Below, in pieces: positions 21,587 to 30,540 of a stretch of DNA of 64,000 bases. The translations under genes were made by a program, and so were the position numbers. The stretch is from Candidatus Binatia bacterium. GTDB lineage: Bacteria; Desulfobacterota; Binatia; UBA9968; JAJDTQ01. The notes below the pieces were generated by a model. It had not been told where the DNA came from. It searched no databases and saw only the letters and a list, made by a program, of their open reading frames with translations. The stretch is taken from NCBI GenBank assembly GCA_963666515.2, contig OY762897.2:1184001-1248000 (forward strand). The letters are read 5' to 3'. Each line of letters begins with the position of its first letter. Position 1 is the stretch's first letter.

Positions 21587-22342
21587 ATGGCGGTGCACGT
21601 TCAACTGCAGATCTACGAAGGTCCCCTGGACCTGCTGCTCCACCTGATCAGGAAGAACGAGCTGAGCATCACCGACGTTCCCATCGCGTCCATCACCGAG
21701 CAGTATCTCGCGGCGCTGGATCTGATGCAGGGTCTCAACCTCGACGTTTCCGGGGAGTACCTGGTCATGGCCGCGACCCTGCTGCACATCAAGTCGAAGA
21801 CGCTGTTGCCCGCCGAGGAAGCGGACGACGACGAAGACGAGGAGGGCGGCGATACCCGCGAAGAGCTGATCCGCCGCCTGCTGGAGTACGAGCGCTTCAA
21901 GAACGCGGCGCGGGAGCTGGAAGAGCGGGAGATACTCAACCGGGACGTGTTCGTCCGGCAGGGGCGCTCCGAGCGCGTGACCGACGTGAGCTTCGAGCAG
22001 CTTTCGGTGTTCGACCTGATGTCGGCGCTGCAACGGGTGCTGGAACGGTTTCCGGGGCCTTCCGTGCACACGGTGGTGCAGGAGACGGTGTCGGTGCGGG
22101 AGCGCATGACCTACGTCCTCGACGAGCTGCACCGGAGGTCGTCGGTGGCGTTCCACGAGCTGTTCGACTCGGCGCGCACGCGAATGGAGGTGGTGGTGAC
22201 CTTCCTGGCCCTGCTGGAGCTGATCCGCATCAGGGCCGTGCACGCCTTCCAGAAGGAGCGCCTGGGCCCCATCGTCATGGAGCCGATGCTGTCCCTTTCC
22301 GAAGCCAACGCGGCCATGGACGCCGGGACCCCGGAGGACTGA
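21587..22342 (+). CDS. scpA: Segregation and condensation protein A
   Basis: YEGPLDLLLHLI, FLALLEL. Confidence 0.95.
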   Translation: MAVHVQLQIYEGPLDLLLHLIRKNELSITDVPIASITEQYLAALDLMQGLNLDVSGEYLVMAATLLHIKSKTLLPAEEADDDEDEEGGDTREELIRRLLEYERFKNAARELEEREILNRDVFVRQGRSERVTDVSFEQLSVFDLMSALQRVLERFPGPSVHTVVQETVSVRERMTYVLDELHRRSSVAFHELFDSARTRMEVVVTFLALLELIRIRAVHAFQKERLGPIVMEPMLSLSEANAAMDAGTPED

Positions 22343-22375
22343 CCCGGACGGCCTCCTGTCAGCGGGGACACCATC

Positions 22376-23014
22376 ATGGAGAACGAGCAGCTCAAGGCGG
22401 TCATCGAGAGCCTCCTGCTGGCGGCGGATGGCCCGGTGTCCGCGGACCGGTTGCGGAACGCCGTGGGCGACGAGATCCCGCGCAAGCAGATCACCGACGC
22501 CCTTGGGGAGTTGCGGGACGAGTACGAACGGACCGGCCGGGGCCTGCGGCTCGCCGAGGTGGCCAACGGCTACCAGTTGAGGACCCCCCGCGAGCACGCG
22601 GAGTTCGTCCGGCGGCTCACCGCCGTCAGGCCCGCGCGTATGAGCCGGGCGAACCTGGAGACCCTGGCCATCATCGCCTACCGCCAGCCCGTGACCCGGG
22701 CGGAGATCGAGGATATCCGCGGGGTCAACGTGGACGGCGTCGTATCCACGCTGCTGGAGCGGCGGCTGATCCGCATCGTGGCGCGGAAGGACGTGCCGGG
22801 AAAGCCCTTTCTCTACGGCACCACCCGCGAGTTCCTGGAGGCGTTCAACCTCAAGGACCTGAAGAGCCTGCCGACCCTCCAGGAGATGGAGGACATGCCC
22901 CAGGCGTTGCGGGAGCCCGGGGACGGCGAACCGGATGGCTCCGCGACCGACGCCGAACAAGCTCCCGACGGCGGAGAAGAATCACCGGCGGGCGAGAAAG
23001 GCGATACGGATTGA
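22376..23014 (+). CDS. scpB: SMC-Scp complex subunit ScpB
   Basis: ETLAIIAYRQPVTRAEIEDIRGV, YGTT. Confidence 0.95.
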   Translation: MENEQLKAVIESLLLAADGPVSADRLRNAVGDEIPRKQITDALGELRDEYERTGRGLRLAEVANGYQLRTPREHAEFVRRLTAVRPARMSRANLETLAIIAYRQPVTRAEIEDIRGVNVDGVVSTLLERRLIRIVARKDVPGKPFLYGTTREFLEAFNLKDLKSLPTLQEMEDMPQALREPGDGEPDGSATDAEQAPDGGEESPAGEKGDTD

Positions 23015-23017
23015 GCC

Positions 23018-23746
23018 GTGGAACGGCTTCAAAGGATCATCGCGCACGCGGGGCTGGCTTCGAGGCGCCAGGCGGAACAGTGGATCCTCGAAGGTCGCAT
23101 CACGGTCAACGGACGCCGGGTCCGGGAGCTGGGGACCCGCGCCGATGCCGCCCGTGACAGCATCCGGGTGGACGGACGGGTGCTGCGGCCCGCGGCGTCC
23201 CGGATATACCTCGCGTTCCACAAGCCCGCCGGCGTCATCACCACCATGCGGGACACCGAAGGTCGGCCCTCGGTAGCGGAGTACCTCCGCGCGGGCGGCC
23301 ATCCGCAAGGCGTGGTTCCCGCGGGGCGCTTGGACTACGCCACTTCCGGCCTCCTGCTGCTCACCAACGACGGCGACCTGGCCCACCGCCTCACCCATCC
23401 CCGCTACGGCGTCCCCAAGACCTACGAGGTCAAGCTGAGCGGGATGCCTTCCGAAGCCCAACTGGAGCGGCTGCGGCGCGGGGTGAGGCTGGACGACGGG
23501 GTAACGGCGCCGGCGGACGTGAGGGTGTTGCGGCGGCTGAAGCAGAAGGTGTGGCTCCAGGTCGAGCTGCGGGAGGGGCGCAACCGGGAGATCCGCAGGA
23601 TGGTGGAAGCCGTGGGACACACGGTGGAGCGGCTCGTGAGAAGCCGCTTCGGCCCCGTCGCCCTCGGCCAACTGGGCCGGGGCGAGATGCGTCCCCTGAC
23701 CGAGGCGGAGGTGGTGCGGCTCAGGCGGGCGGTGTCGCTGGCGTAG
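23018..23746 (+). CDS. rluB: RsuA/RluB family pseudouridine synthase
   Basis: S4 domain ASRRQAE, GRLD, EGRNREIRRM; follows scpB. Confidence 0.85.
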   Translation: MERLQRIIAHAGLASRRQAEQWILEGRITVNGRRVRELGTRADAARDSIRVDGRVLRPAASRIYLAFHKPAGVITTMRDTEGRPSVAEYLRAGGHPQGVVPAGRLDYATSGLLLLTNDGDLAHRLTHPRYGVPKTYEVKLSGMPSEAQLERLRRGVRLDDGVTAPADVRVLRRLKQKVWLQVELREGRNREIRRMVEAVGHTVERLVRSRFGPVALGQLGRGEMRPLTEAEVVRLRRAVSLA

Positions 23747-23776
23747 GGCGGTTTACGATACCGGGGAGAGCAGTCC

Positions 23777-24337
23777 ATGGCGACCCACGATCATCATCAC
23801 CACGCGCATCACCACCACGGAGGCGGCGGCTACCGTTTCTGTCCCCGTTGTGCCGGGACGTTGACGCCGCGCGTGGTCAAGAGCAACGAGCCCAAGCGCT
23901 TGGTCTGCGAGAAGTGCTCCTTCATCTTCTACCAGGACCCCAAGGTGGTGGCCGGAACCATCTGCACCCTGGACGGCGGCGTGGTGCTGCTGCGCCGCGG
24001 CATCGAGCCGGCCATGGGGATGTGGGTCTTCCCCGGCGGCTACGTGGACCGGGGCGAGAGCACCACCGAGGCCGCGGTCCGCGAGACCTGGGAGGAGAGC
24101 AACCTGGAGGTGGCGACGCGGTCGCTCCTGGGGGTCTATTCCTACTCTGGCTCGCCCAACGTGATCATCGTCTACGTCGCCGAGGTGCTGGGAGGGACCC
24201 TGACGGCCGGGGACGAGAGCACCGAGGCCGGGACCTTTCCGCTGTCGCGGATTCCCTGGGACCATCTCGCCTTTCCCAGCACGGTGGAAGCCCTCAGGGA
24301 TTTCGAGCGTTTCTACGGGAAAGGACAACTGTGTTAA
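23777..24337 (+). CDS. NUDIX hydrolase with zinc ribbon and His-rich N-terminus
   Basis: FCPRC..CEKC, Nudix box [21 protein letters not shown]. Confidence 0.88.
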   Translation: MATHDHHHHAHHHHGGGGYRFCPRCAGTLTPRVVKSNEPKRLVCEKCSFIFYQDPKVVAGTICTLDGGVVLLRRGIEPAMGMWVFPGGYVDRGESTTEAAVRETWEESNLEVATRSLLGVYSYSGSPNVIIVYVAEVLGGTLTAGDESTEAGTFPLSRIPWDHLAFPSTVEALRDFERFYGKGQLC

Positions 24338-24383
24338 TGAAGAAGAGGTTCGCAGAAAATCAATTCGGAAAGGAGATTCTTTG

Positions 24384-24842
24384 ATGGCGATGCCAAACGT
24401 GGGGGAAAAGGCCCCCGAGTTCAGCCTGCCAGTCACCCGGGAAGAGAACGTGTCCCTGAGCGACTACGCGGGCAAGAAGAACGTCGTGCTGGCGTTCTAT
24501 CCGCTGGATTTCACCGGCGGCTGAAAGCAGGAATTGAGCAACTTCGAGGCTGACAAGGCCAGCTTCGAAGCCAAAGACGCTCAGGTCCTGAGCGTAAGTG
24601 TCGATTCGGTGTTCGCCCACAAGGCGTTTGCCGAGCAGATGGGCGGGATCAGCTTCCCGATGCTGTCGGACTTCTATCCCCACGGCGCGGTCTGCGAGCA
24701 GTACGACTGCCTGCGCGACCAGGGTTTTCCCAAGAGAGCTGTCTTCATCATCGACAAGCAGGGGACCGTGCGGTACTCCAAGCTCTACGAGGGCGGCATC
24801 CCGGAGAACGCGGAACTGCTGGCGGAACTCGACAAGCTGTAG
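24384..24842 (+). CDS. Peroxiredoxin (AhpC/TSA, AhpE-like), probable selenoprotein with Sec at codon 47
   Basis: SD AGGAG 24371-24375; frame [31 protein letters not shown](24522-24524)-KQELSNF.. continues into the 24534-24842 ORF; TGA occupies the PxxxTxxC cysteine position. Confidence 0.9.
24535..24583 (+). promoter_or_regulatory. Putative bacterial SECIS element
   Basis: Stem CTTCGAGGCTG (24542-24552)/CAGCTTCGAAG (24560-24570) with 7-nt loop, outer TGAGC/GCTCA pair, just 3' of the in-frame TGA. Confidence 0.65.
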
Positions 24843-24862
24843 CCGCGTTTATCGCAGAGAAT

Positions 24863-24899
24863 CGGAACAGGGGCGGCGTGTGCGTCGCCCCTGTTTCCG
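24863..24899. terminator. Hairpin between convergent genes, probable terminator
   Basis: CGGAACAGGGGCGGCG-TGTG-CGTCGCCCCTGTTTCCG. Confidence 0.6.
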
Positions 24900-24965
24900 T
24901 TTGCGGTCCGGGAATCCTTCGCCTTGCGTCGCTTCTGGCGTCGCCGGCCTCGCGTGGTGGCGGTG

Positions 24966-26027
24966 TCAGAAGGGCAGCGAGTGCACCACCGCTGGGATCT
25001 TCTCGTCCCCGTGCCCGATGGTGACGTCGCTGCCGGGCTCGATGTAGTCTCGATGGACGTAGCCGAGGGCGATGGGGCACCCGAGCCGCGGTGAGGTCGC
25101 GGCGCTGGTGACGCGGCCGATGCTGCGGTCCTCCCCGAGCACCGGGTCGCCCGGGTCCGGGACGGTGCCGCCCCGGATCTCCAGACCCACGAGCTTCCGG
25201 TTCACGTGGCCCCGGGAGTGGATGCGCTCCACGGTTTCCTGTCCGAGATAGCATCCTTTGGTGAAGCTGACGGAGCCGTCCAGGCAGGTCTCCAGCAGCA
25301 GCGTGTCCGCGTCCATGTCGATCCCGTACCGGGGAATCCCGGCCTCGATTCGAAGGGTCTCCTGAGCCTCCAGCCCGATCCACGGGATGTTCCGCGCCGC
25401 CGGGTGCGCCGCCACGGCCGGGAGTCCATCCCGCGACACCACTAGATCAAAGCCGCTTTCTCCGGTGTGCGTCGCCCGCACGACCCGGAGCCGGATGCCG
25501 GCGCATTCGACTTCCCCATGGCGCAACTCCCCGGCCGGCAACGAACCGGCATCCAGAAGCTCGGACAGGGCGGTTTCCGCCCGCGGCCCCTGGACCGACA
25601 GCATGGCCAGACCGGGGGACAGGTCTGCGATTTCCACTTCGTCCGCGATCAGGTAACGGTCCAGGTGCTCCAGGACGCCGGAGACGAGGGGCTCGTCCAG
25701 GTCCACGAGGAAAGCGTCGCCGGTGCGGAACACCCGTACGTCCGCCAGTATCTTCCCCTGGATGTTCAGCACCGCGGCAGGCACGCCTTCGCCCGCGCCG
25801 AGGGCCTTGACGTCGTTGGAGAGCATGCCCTGAAGCCACTCGGCGCTGTCCGGCCCGCTGACGGAGAGCAGGGTCCGGTCCGCCAAGTCGTGCCAGCCAG
25901 CGGCGGAACGTACCGCGTCGTACTCCGCGGCGGCGTTGCCGAAACGGGCCGGCAGCCTCCATCCCCCGCGCTCGAGGAAGACCGCGCCGTTCCCTTTGTG
26001 GAAGTCGTCGAGGGACGATATCTTCAT
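24966..26027 (-). CDS. YgfZ/GcvT-family folate-binding protein
   Basis: KGCYLGQE signature, GcvT-like N-terminus. Confidence 0.85.
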   Translation of the reverse strand: MKISSLDDFHKGNGAVFLERGGWRLPARFGNAAAEYDAVRSAAGWHDLADRTLLSVSGPDSAEWLQGMLSNDVKALGAGEGVPAAVLNIQGKILADVRVFRTGDAFLVDLDEPLVSGVLEHLDRYLIADEVEIADLSPGLAMLSVQGPRAETALSELLDAGSLPAGELRHGEVECAGIRLRVVRATHTGESGFDLVVSRDGLPAVAAHPAARNIPWIGLEAQETLRIEAGIPRYGIDMDADTLLLETCLDGSVSFTKGCYLGQETVERIHSRGHVNRKLVGLEIRGGTVPDPGDPVLGEDRSIGRVTSAATSPRLGCPIALGYVHRDYIEPGSDVTIGHGDEKIPAVVHSLPF

Positions 26028-26107
26028 GGCGACGGTTACCGTAACCGGGTTGGCGCCGCATGGCAACGGGCTTCGCCGGCGGCCCGTGACGAACGGGGGA
26101 CGAGAGC

Positions 26108-27055
26108 ATGGCCAAGACCGCAAGGGACCTGGATCTTCGCAAGCTGGAGATATTCTACTGGGTGGCCGAGCTGCGCAGCTTCTCGCTGGCCGCGGAACAC
26201 TTCTCCCTCAGGCAGCCTACCGTGACCGCGCACGTGCAGACCCTGGAGCAGCAACTGGGCTGCGAGCTGTTCAGGCGATCCGGCGGCCGGTTCGACCTGA
26301 CGTCCACCGGGTGGATGCTCTACGAGCAAGCCGGCGCGGTGCTGAAGCTCAAGAACCAGGCGCTGGCGGCGCTGGACCGCATCCAGGGAAAGGTGGAAGG
26401 GGAGTTGCGGTTGGGGGGCAGCAACGTCCCCGGAGAGCACATCCTGCCGGGCGTGCTGGGGAGCTTCGTGGCGCGGTTTCCGGACGTGCGGCCCGTGCTC
26501 CGCATCGGCGATTCCGCGGCCATCGTGGCCGAGATCCTCGACGGCACGCTGGAGCTGGGTTTCACCGGCTTCCGCACCCGCGACGACCGGTTGAGGTACC
26601 GCAAGACGTGGCAGGACGAGATGATCGTGGCGGTGCCCGCGAACCATCGTTGGGCGGGCTTGAAGCAGGTGGCTATCCAGGACCTCGGCAAGGAGCCGTT
26701 CATTTCCCGGGAAGGCGGGTCGGGGACGCTACGCTCGTTCCTGCAGCTTGTGTCCAAACGCGGGGAGGACCCGGAGCGGTTCCTCAGGGTGGGCATGGAG
26801 CTGGGCAGCACGGCCGCGGTCAAGGAAGCGCTCATGGAGGGGTTCGGCTTCTCCGTCCTTTCCCGTGCCGCCATCCGGCGAGAGGTCCAGCAGGGTCTCA
26901 TCAAGGAGGTGCGCATCAAGGGCCTGGACCTGGTCCGGCCTTTCTACCAGGTGACCCACCGCGAGCGCCCGTTGGCGCCGGTGCCGCGCGCCTTCGTCCG
27001 GTTCCTGAACCGCGCCCCCCGGACCCATCTATGGGAGCCTGTGAACCATAGCTAA
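26108..27055 (+). CDS. LysR family regulator (CysL-like, resembles selenium metabolism-associated LysR)
   Basis: HTH SFSLAAEHFSLRQPTVT, SNVPGEHILP, REGGSGT, ELGSTAAVKEA. Confidence 0.85.
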   Translation: MAKTARDLDLRKLEIFYWVAELRSFSLAAEHFSLRQPTVTAHVQTLEQQLGCELFRRSGGRFDLTSTGWMLYEQAGAVLKLKNQALAALDRIQGKVEGELRLGGSNVPGEHILPGVLGSFVARFPDVRPVLRIGDSAAIVAEILDGTLELGFTGFRTRDDRLRYRKTWQDEMIVAVPANHRWAGLKQVAIQDLGKEPFISREGGSGTLRSFLQLVSKRGEDPERFLRVGMELGSTAAVKEALMEGFGFSVLSRAAIRREVQQGLIKEVRIKGLDLVRPFYQVTHRERPLAPVPRAFVRFLNRAPRTHLWEPVNHS

Positions 27056-27091
27056 TGCCTATTTGACATATAGGTCATCTTGATATCCAAT
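27048..27091 (+). promoter_or_regulatory. LysR-type operator with sigma70-like promoter of the ABC operon
   Basis: ATAG-N7-CTAT (27048-27062), ATAG-N7-TGAT (27070-27084), TTGACA (27063-27068)-N17-TCCAAT (27086-27091). Confidence 0.6.
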
Positions 27092-27119
27092 CTACCGAAA
27101 ATCGCTTCGGGAGGTACGC

Positions 27120-27983
27120 ATGAGACAGAAACTGACTTGGCTGCTTGGTTTGGTGGTGCTGGTTGTCTGGATGATCTGCGGCGTTGCCGCGGCGGACACT
27201 CTGAGGGTTTCGGCCATCCCGGACGAGGACCCGCAGGAGCTTTTGCGCAAGTACAAACCCTTCACCGACTACATCGAGAAGGAAGTGGGGATGAAGGTCA
27301 AGTTCGTCCCGGTGGTGGACTACGCCGCCACCGTGGAGGGGCTGGCCGCCGACCGCCTGGACATCGTCTGGTACGGCGGCTTCACGTCGGTCCAGGCCGT
27401 CCTGCGGGCCAAGGGCGCCACGCGGCTGGCCATGCGCGAGGAGGACGCGAGCTTCAAGAGCGTCTTCGTCGCGCGCACGGATTCCGGCATCAAGACCCTG
27501 GCCGACCTCAAGGGAAAGACCTTCGCGTTCGGGAGCGTCAGCTCCACCTCGGGTCACCTCATGCCGCGCCACTTCCTCAAGGCCGCGGGCATCGAGCCGG
27601 AGCGGGACTTCAAGAAGTTCGGCTTCAGCGGCGCCCATGACGCCACCGCGGCGTGGGTGGCGGCCGGGCGCGTGGACGCCGGCGCGCTCAACTTCCTGGT
27701 GTGGAAGAAGCTGGCGGACAACAAGAAGATCGACACCGGCAAGACCAACGTGTTCTGGACCACCCCGCCCTACGTGGACTACGTCTGGGTGGCCCGCGGC
27801 GGCGTGCCCGAGGAGGTCCGGGAGAAGTTCAAGCAGGCTCTCCTCAAGCTCGACTACTCCGATCCCGCAGACAAGAAGATCATGGATCTTCAACGCACCA
27901 AAAAGTTCATTCCGGCCAAGGACTCGGACTGGGACGGGATCCAGAAGGCGGCCATCGCCGCCGGGATGCTCAAGGTCAATTGA
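27120..27983 (+). CDS. PhnD-like ABC substrate-binding protein, resembling the putative selenate-binding family
   Basis: Signal peptide, SAIPDE, WYGGFT, SSTSGHLMP, GAHD, TPPYVDYVW. Confidence 0.8.
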   Translation: MRQKLTWLLGLVVLVVWMICGVAAADTLRVSAIPDEDPQELLRKYKPFTDYIEKEVGMKVKFVPVVDYAATVEGLAADRLDIVWYGGFTSVQAVLRAKGATRLAMREEDASFKSVFVARTDSGIKTLADLKGKTFAFGSVSSTSGHLMPRHFLKAAGIEPERDFKKFGFSGAHDATAAWVAAGRVDAGALNFLVWKKLADNKKIDTGKTNVFWTTPPYVDYVWVARGGVPEEVREKFKQALLKLDYSDPADKKIMDLQRTKKFIPAKDSDWDGIQKAAIAAGMLKVN

Positions 27984-28792
27984 CGGGCTCGCAACAATAT
28001 CACCTGGAGAAGCTCCGAAAGGTGTTCGGACGCGACCAGGTGGCGCTGGAGGGCTTCGACCTGAAGGTCGCCCGCGGCGAGCGGGTGGCCCTCATCGGGC
28101 CCAGCGGCGCCGGGAAGACCACGCTCTTCCGCATGCTCAACTGCACCATCCGCCCCACCTCCGGCAGTCTCCGCATCGGCGGCCAGGAGGTGGGGGAGCT
28201 GTACGGCCGGCGGCTGCGGGAGATGCGCCGCCGCATCGGCACCATCTACCAGCAGCACAACCTGGTGCCGCGCCTCCGGGTGGTCCATAACGTGCTATCC
28301 GGGAGGCTGGGGAGCTGGTCCCTGCTCGGCTCCCTGGCCTCGCTGATGCGGCCGTCCCGGCTGGAACCCGCCCACCAGGCCCTGGCCGAGGTGGGCATCG
28401 GCGAGAAGCTCTTCAGCCGCACGGACGAGCTTTCCGGAGGCCAGCAGCAGCGGGTGGCCATTGCGCGGGTGCTGATGCAGGACCCCGACGTGATCCTGGC
28501 GGACGAGCCGGTGTCGTCGGTGGACCCGTCCCTGGCCGAGACCATCATCAAGCTCCTCATCGCCATCAGCGACGGCACCCGCAAGACGCTGCTGGTGAAC
28601 CTTCACAGCACCGACCTGGCGCTGGCGTACTTTCCCAGGGTCATCGGCATGAAGGCGGGGGTCAAGCTGTTCGACACCTCTGCGACCCGGGTCACCCCGG
28701 AGCTTCTGCAGGATCTCTATTCCGGCCATGCGCCGGAAAACGGCGCCGGCGAACCTCTCCATGAACCGGAGCATCAGCGGGTCGCGATCTAG
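27980..28792 (+). CDS. PhnC-like ABC ATP-binding protein
   Basis: [31 protein letters not shown]; TTG start overlapping upstream stop. Confidence 0.88.
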   Translation: MTGSQQYHLEKLRKVFGRDQVALEGFDLKVARGERVALIGPSGAGKTTLFRMLNCTIRPTSGSLRIGGQEVGELYGRRLREMRRRIGTIYQQHNLVPRLRVVHNVLSGRLGSWSLLGSLASLMRPSRLEPAHQALAEVGIGEKLFSRTDELSGGQQQRVAIARVLMQDPDVILADEPVSSVDPSLAETIIKLLIAISDGTRKTLLVNLHSTDLALAYFPRVIGMKAGVKLFDTSATRVTPELLQDLYSGHAPENGAGEPLHEPEHQRVAI

Positions 28793-29648
28793 CCCGGCGT
28801 CCGCCGGCCGCGGTCCCTGGACAATCGGGTCGCAATCGATCTTCCCCTACGTCTTCGGGGGCCTGTTCCTCCTGCTGCTGGTGGATAGCTGGCGCCGCGC
28901 CGAGGTGAATCCGGGGATCTTTTTCGAGCCGGAGGGCAGGGAGCACCTGTGGCAGTTCGTCACCGGCATGTACCCGCCGGAGCTGTCGTGGGACTTCCTG
29001 TCGCTGATGATCCGGCCCACCCTGGAGACCGTCCAGATCTCGGTGATGGGGACGCTGATCGCCGTGGTCATCGGATTTCCGCTCGGCTTGCTGGCCACCA
29101 GCACCTTCAGCTTCCAGGGCATCCTTCACGAGACCGAGCACCGGGGCTTCGGCCTGCGGCACGGCTTCAAGGTCTGTCTCTACGGCCTGGCGCGGGGGCT
29201 GCTGAGCCTCTTCCGCTGCATCCCGGAGTTCGTCTGGGCCTTCATGTTCGTGCGCGCGGTGGGGCTGGGGCCTTTCCCCGGAGTGCTGGCCATCGGGGTC
29301 GCCTACGGCGGCATGCTGGGCAAGGTCTACTCCGAGATATTCGAGTCGGTGAACACCCGCCCGCTGGAGGCCATCCAGTCCACCGGCGCCGGTCGGCTGC
29401 AGATATTCTTCTACGGCTGGTTCCCGCAGGTGCTGCCCAACATCACCTCCTACACGCTGTACCGCTGGGAATGCGCCGTGCGGACCTCGGCCATCCTGGG
29501 GCTGGTGGGCGCCGGCGGCATCGGCCAGCAGATCGAGATCTCCATCCGCATGTTCAACTTCCACGAGGTTACCACGCTGCTGGCGATCCTGTTCGCGCTG
29601 GTGGCGGGAGCCGACTACGTGAGCGCCAGGGTGCGGTCGCTGCTATGA
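28761..29648 (+). CDS. PhnE-like ABC permease 1
   Basis: Hydrophobic; RCIPE, YTLYRWECAVR, GAGGIG. Confidence 0.87.
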   Translation: MNRSISGSRSSPASAGRGPWTIGSQSIFPYVFGGLFLLLLVDSWRRAEVNPGIFFEPEGREHLWQFVTGMYPPELSWDFLSLMIRPTLETVQISVMGTLIAVVIGFPLGLLATSTFSFQGILHETEHRGFGLRHGFKVCLYGLARGLLSLFRCIPEFVWAFMFVRAVGLGPFPGVLAIGVAYGGMLGKVYSEIFESVNTRPLEAIQSTGAGRLQIFFYGWFPQVLPNITSYTLYRWECAVRTSAILGLVGAGGIGQQIEISIRMFNFHEVTTLLAILFALVAGADYVSARVRSLL

Positions 29649-30520
29649 ACCACGCCGTCACCACCGCCGAAGAGGTGGCGGCCCTCAAGGCCGGCGCCCG
29701 CGACCGCTCGCGATGGTCCACCTTCACGCTGCTGGCGCTCCTGGCGGCGCTCTTCGTATGGAGCTACCAGGGATCGGAGATTCGTCTCGGCATGCTCTTC
29801 AGCGCCGAAGGAGGCGGGGCCATCGCCGGGTACGTGGAGCGGCTGTTCCCGCCGGACCTGTCCGGGAAGGTGGTGGCCGACGCCGTGGCCGGCGCTTGGG
29901 AGACCTTGGCCATCTCCTTGATCGGCACCCTGCTTTCCGTGGTCATCGCGCTGTCTCTGGCCTTCTTCGGCTCCCGCAACCTGGTGTACGCGGGACTGCT
30001 CTACGAGATGGAACCCCGGCGCCATCGGGTGCTGCTGCTGCGCATCCCATACCTGACGGCCAAGGCCATCCTCAACTTCCTGCGCACCATCCCGGAGATG
30101 CTGTGGGCGCTGGTGTTCGTCTTTCTCGTGGGCCTGGGCCCCTTTCCCGGCGTGCTGGCCCTGGGAGTCCACACCGGCGGCGTGCTGGGGAAGCTGTTCG
30201 CGGAGGTGCTGGAGGACGTGGACCTACAGCCCGTGGAGTCGCTGCAGTCCACCGGCGCCGGCAAGATCCAGATCCTGTTCTACGCCATCCTGCCGCAGGT
30301 CCTGCCGCAGTTCATCTCCTACACGCTGTACCGCTGGGAAGTGAACATCCGCGTGGCCGCGGTCCTGGGCTTCGTGGGCGCCGGCGGCCTCGGCCAGCGC
30401 ATCCACATCGCCATGAGCCTGTTCCTGGAGCAACAGCTTCTGACGCTGCTGATGGCCCTCTATATCCTGGTGACCGCGGTGGACTACCTGAGCGCGTACC
30501 TGCGGCGCCGGGTGGTGTGA
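29645..30520 (+). CDS. PhnE-like ABC permease 2
   Basis: RTIPE, YTLYRWEVNIR, GAGGLG; ATGA coupling. Confidence 0.87.
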   Translation: MNHAVTTAEEVAALKAGARDRSRWSTFTLLALLAALFVWSYQGSEIRLGMLFSAEGGGAIAGYVERLFPPDLSGKVVADAVAGAWETLAISLIGTLLSVVIALSLAFFGSRNLVYAGLLYEMEPRRHRVLLLRIPYLTAKAILNFLRTIPEMLWALVFVFLVGLGPFPGVLALGVHTGGVLGKLFAEVLEDVDLQPVESLQSTGAGKIQILFYAILPQVLPQFISYTLYRWEVNIRVAAVLGFVGAGGLGQRIHIAMSLFLEQQLLTLLMALYILVTAVDYLSAYLRRRVV

Positions 30521-30540
30521 GCGGGAGCCCGCCCGGTGCG

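Noticed and set aside
24534-24842. 102-aa stand-alone ORF from the track
   Set aside because: Lacks the Prx active site; better explained as the part downstream of a recoded TGA
27120-30520. Calling the transporter phnCDE for phosphonate use
   Set aside because: No phnG-M, phnX or ptxD in the window; substrate left open
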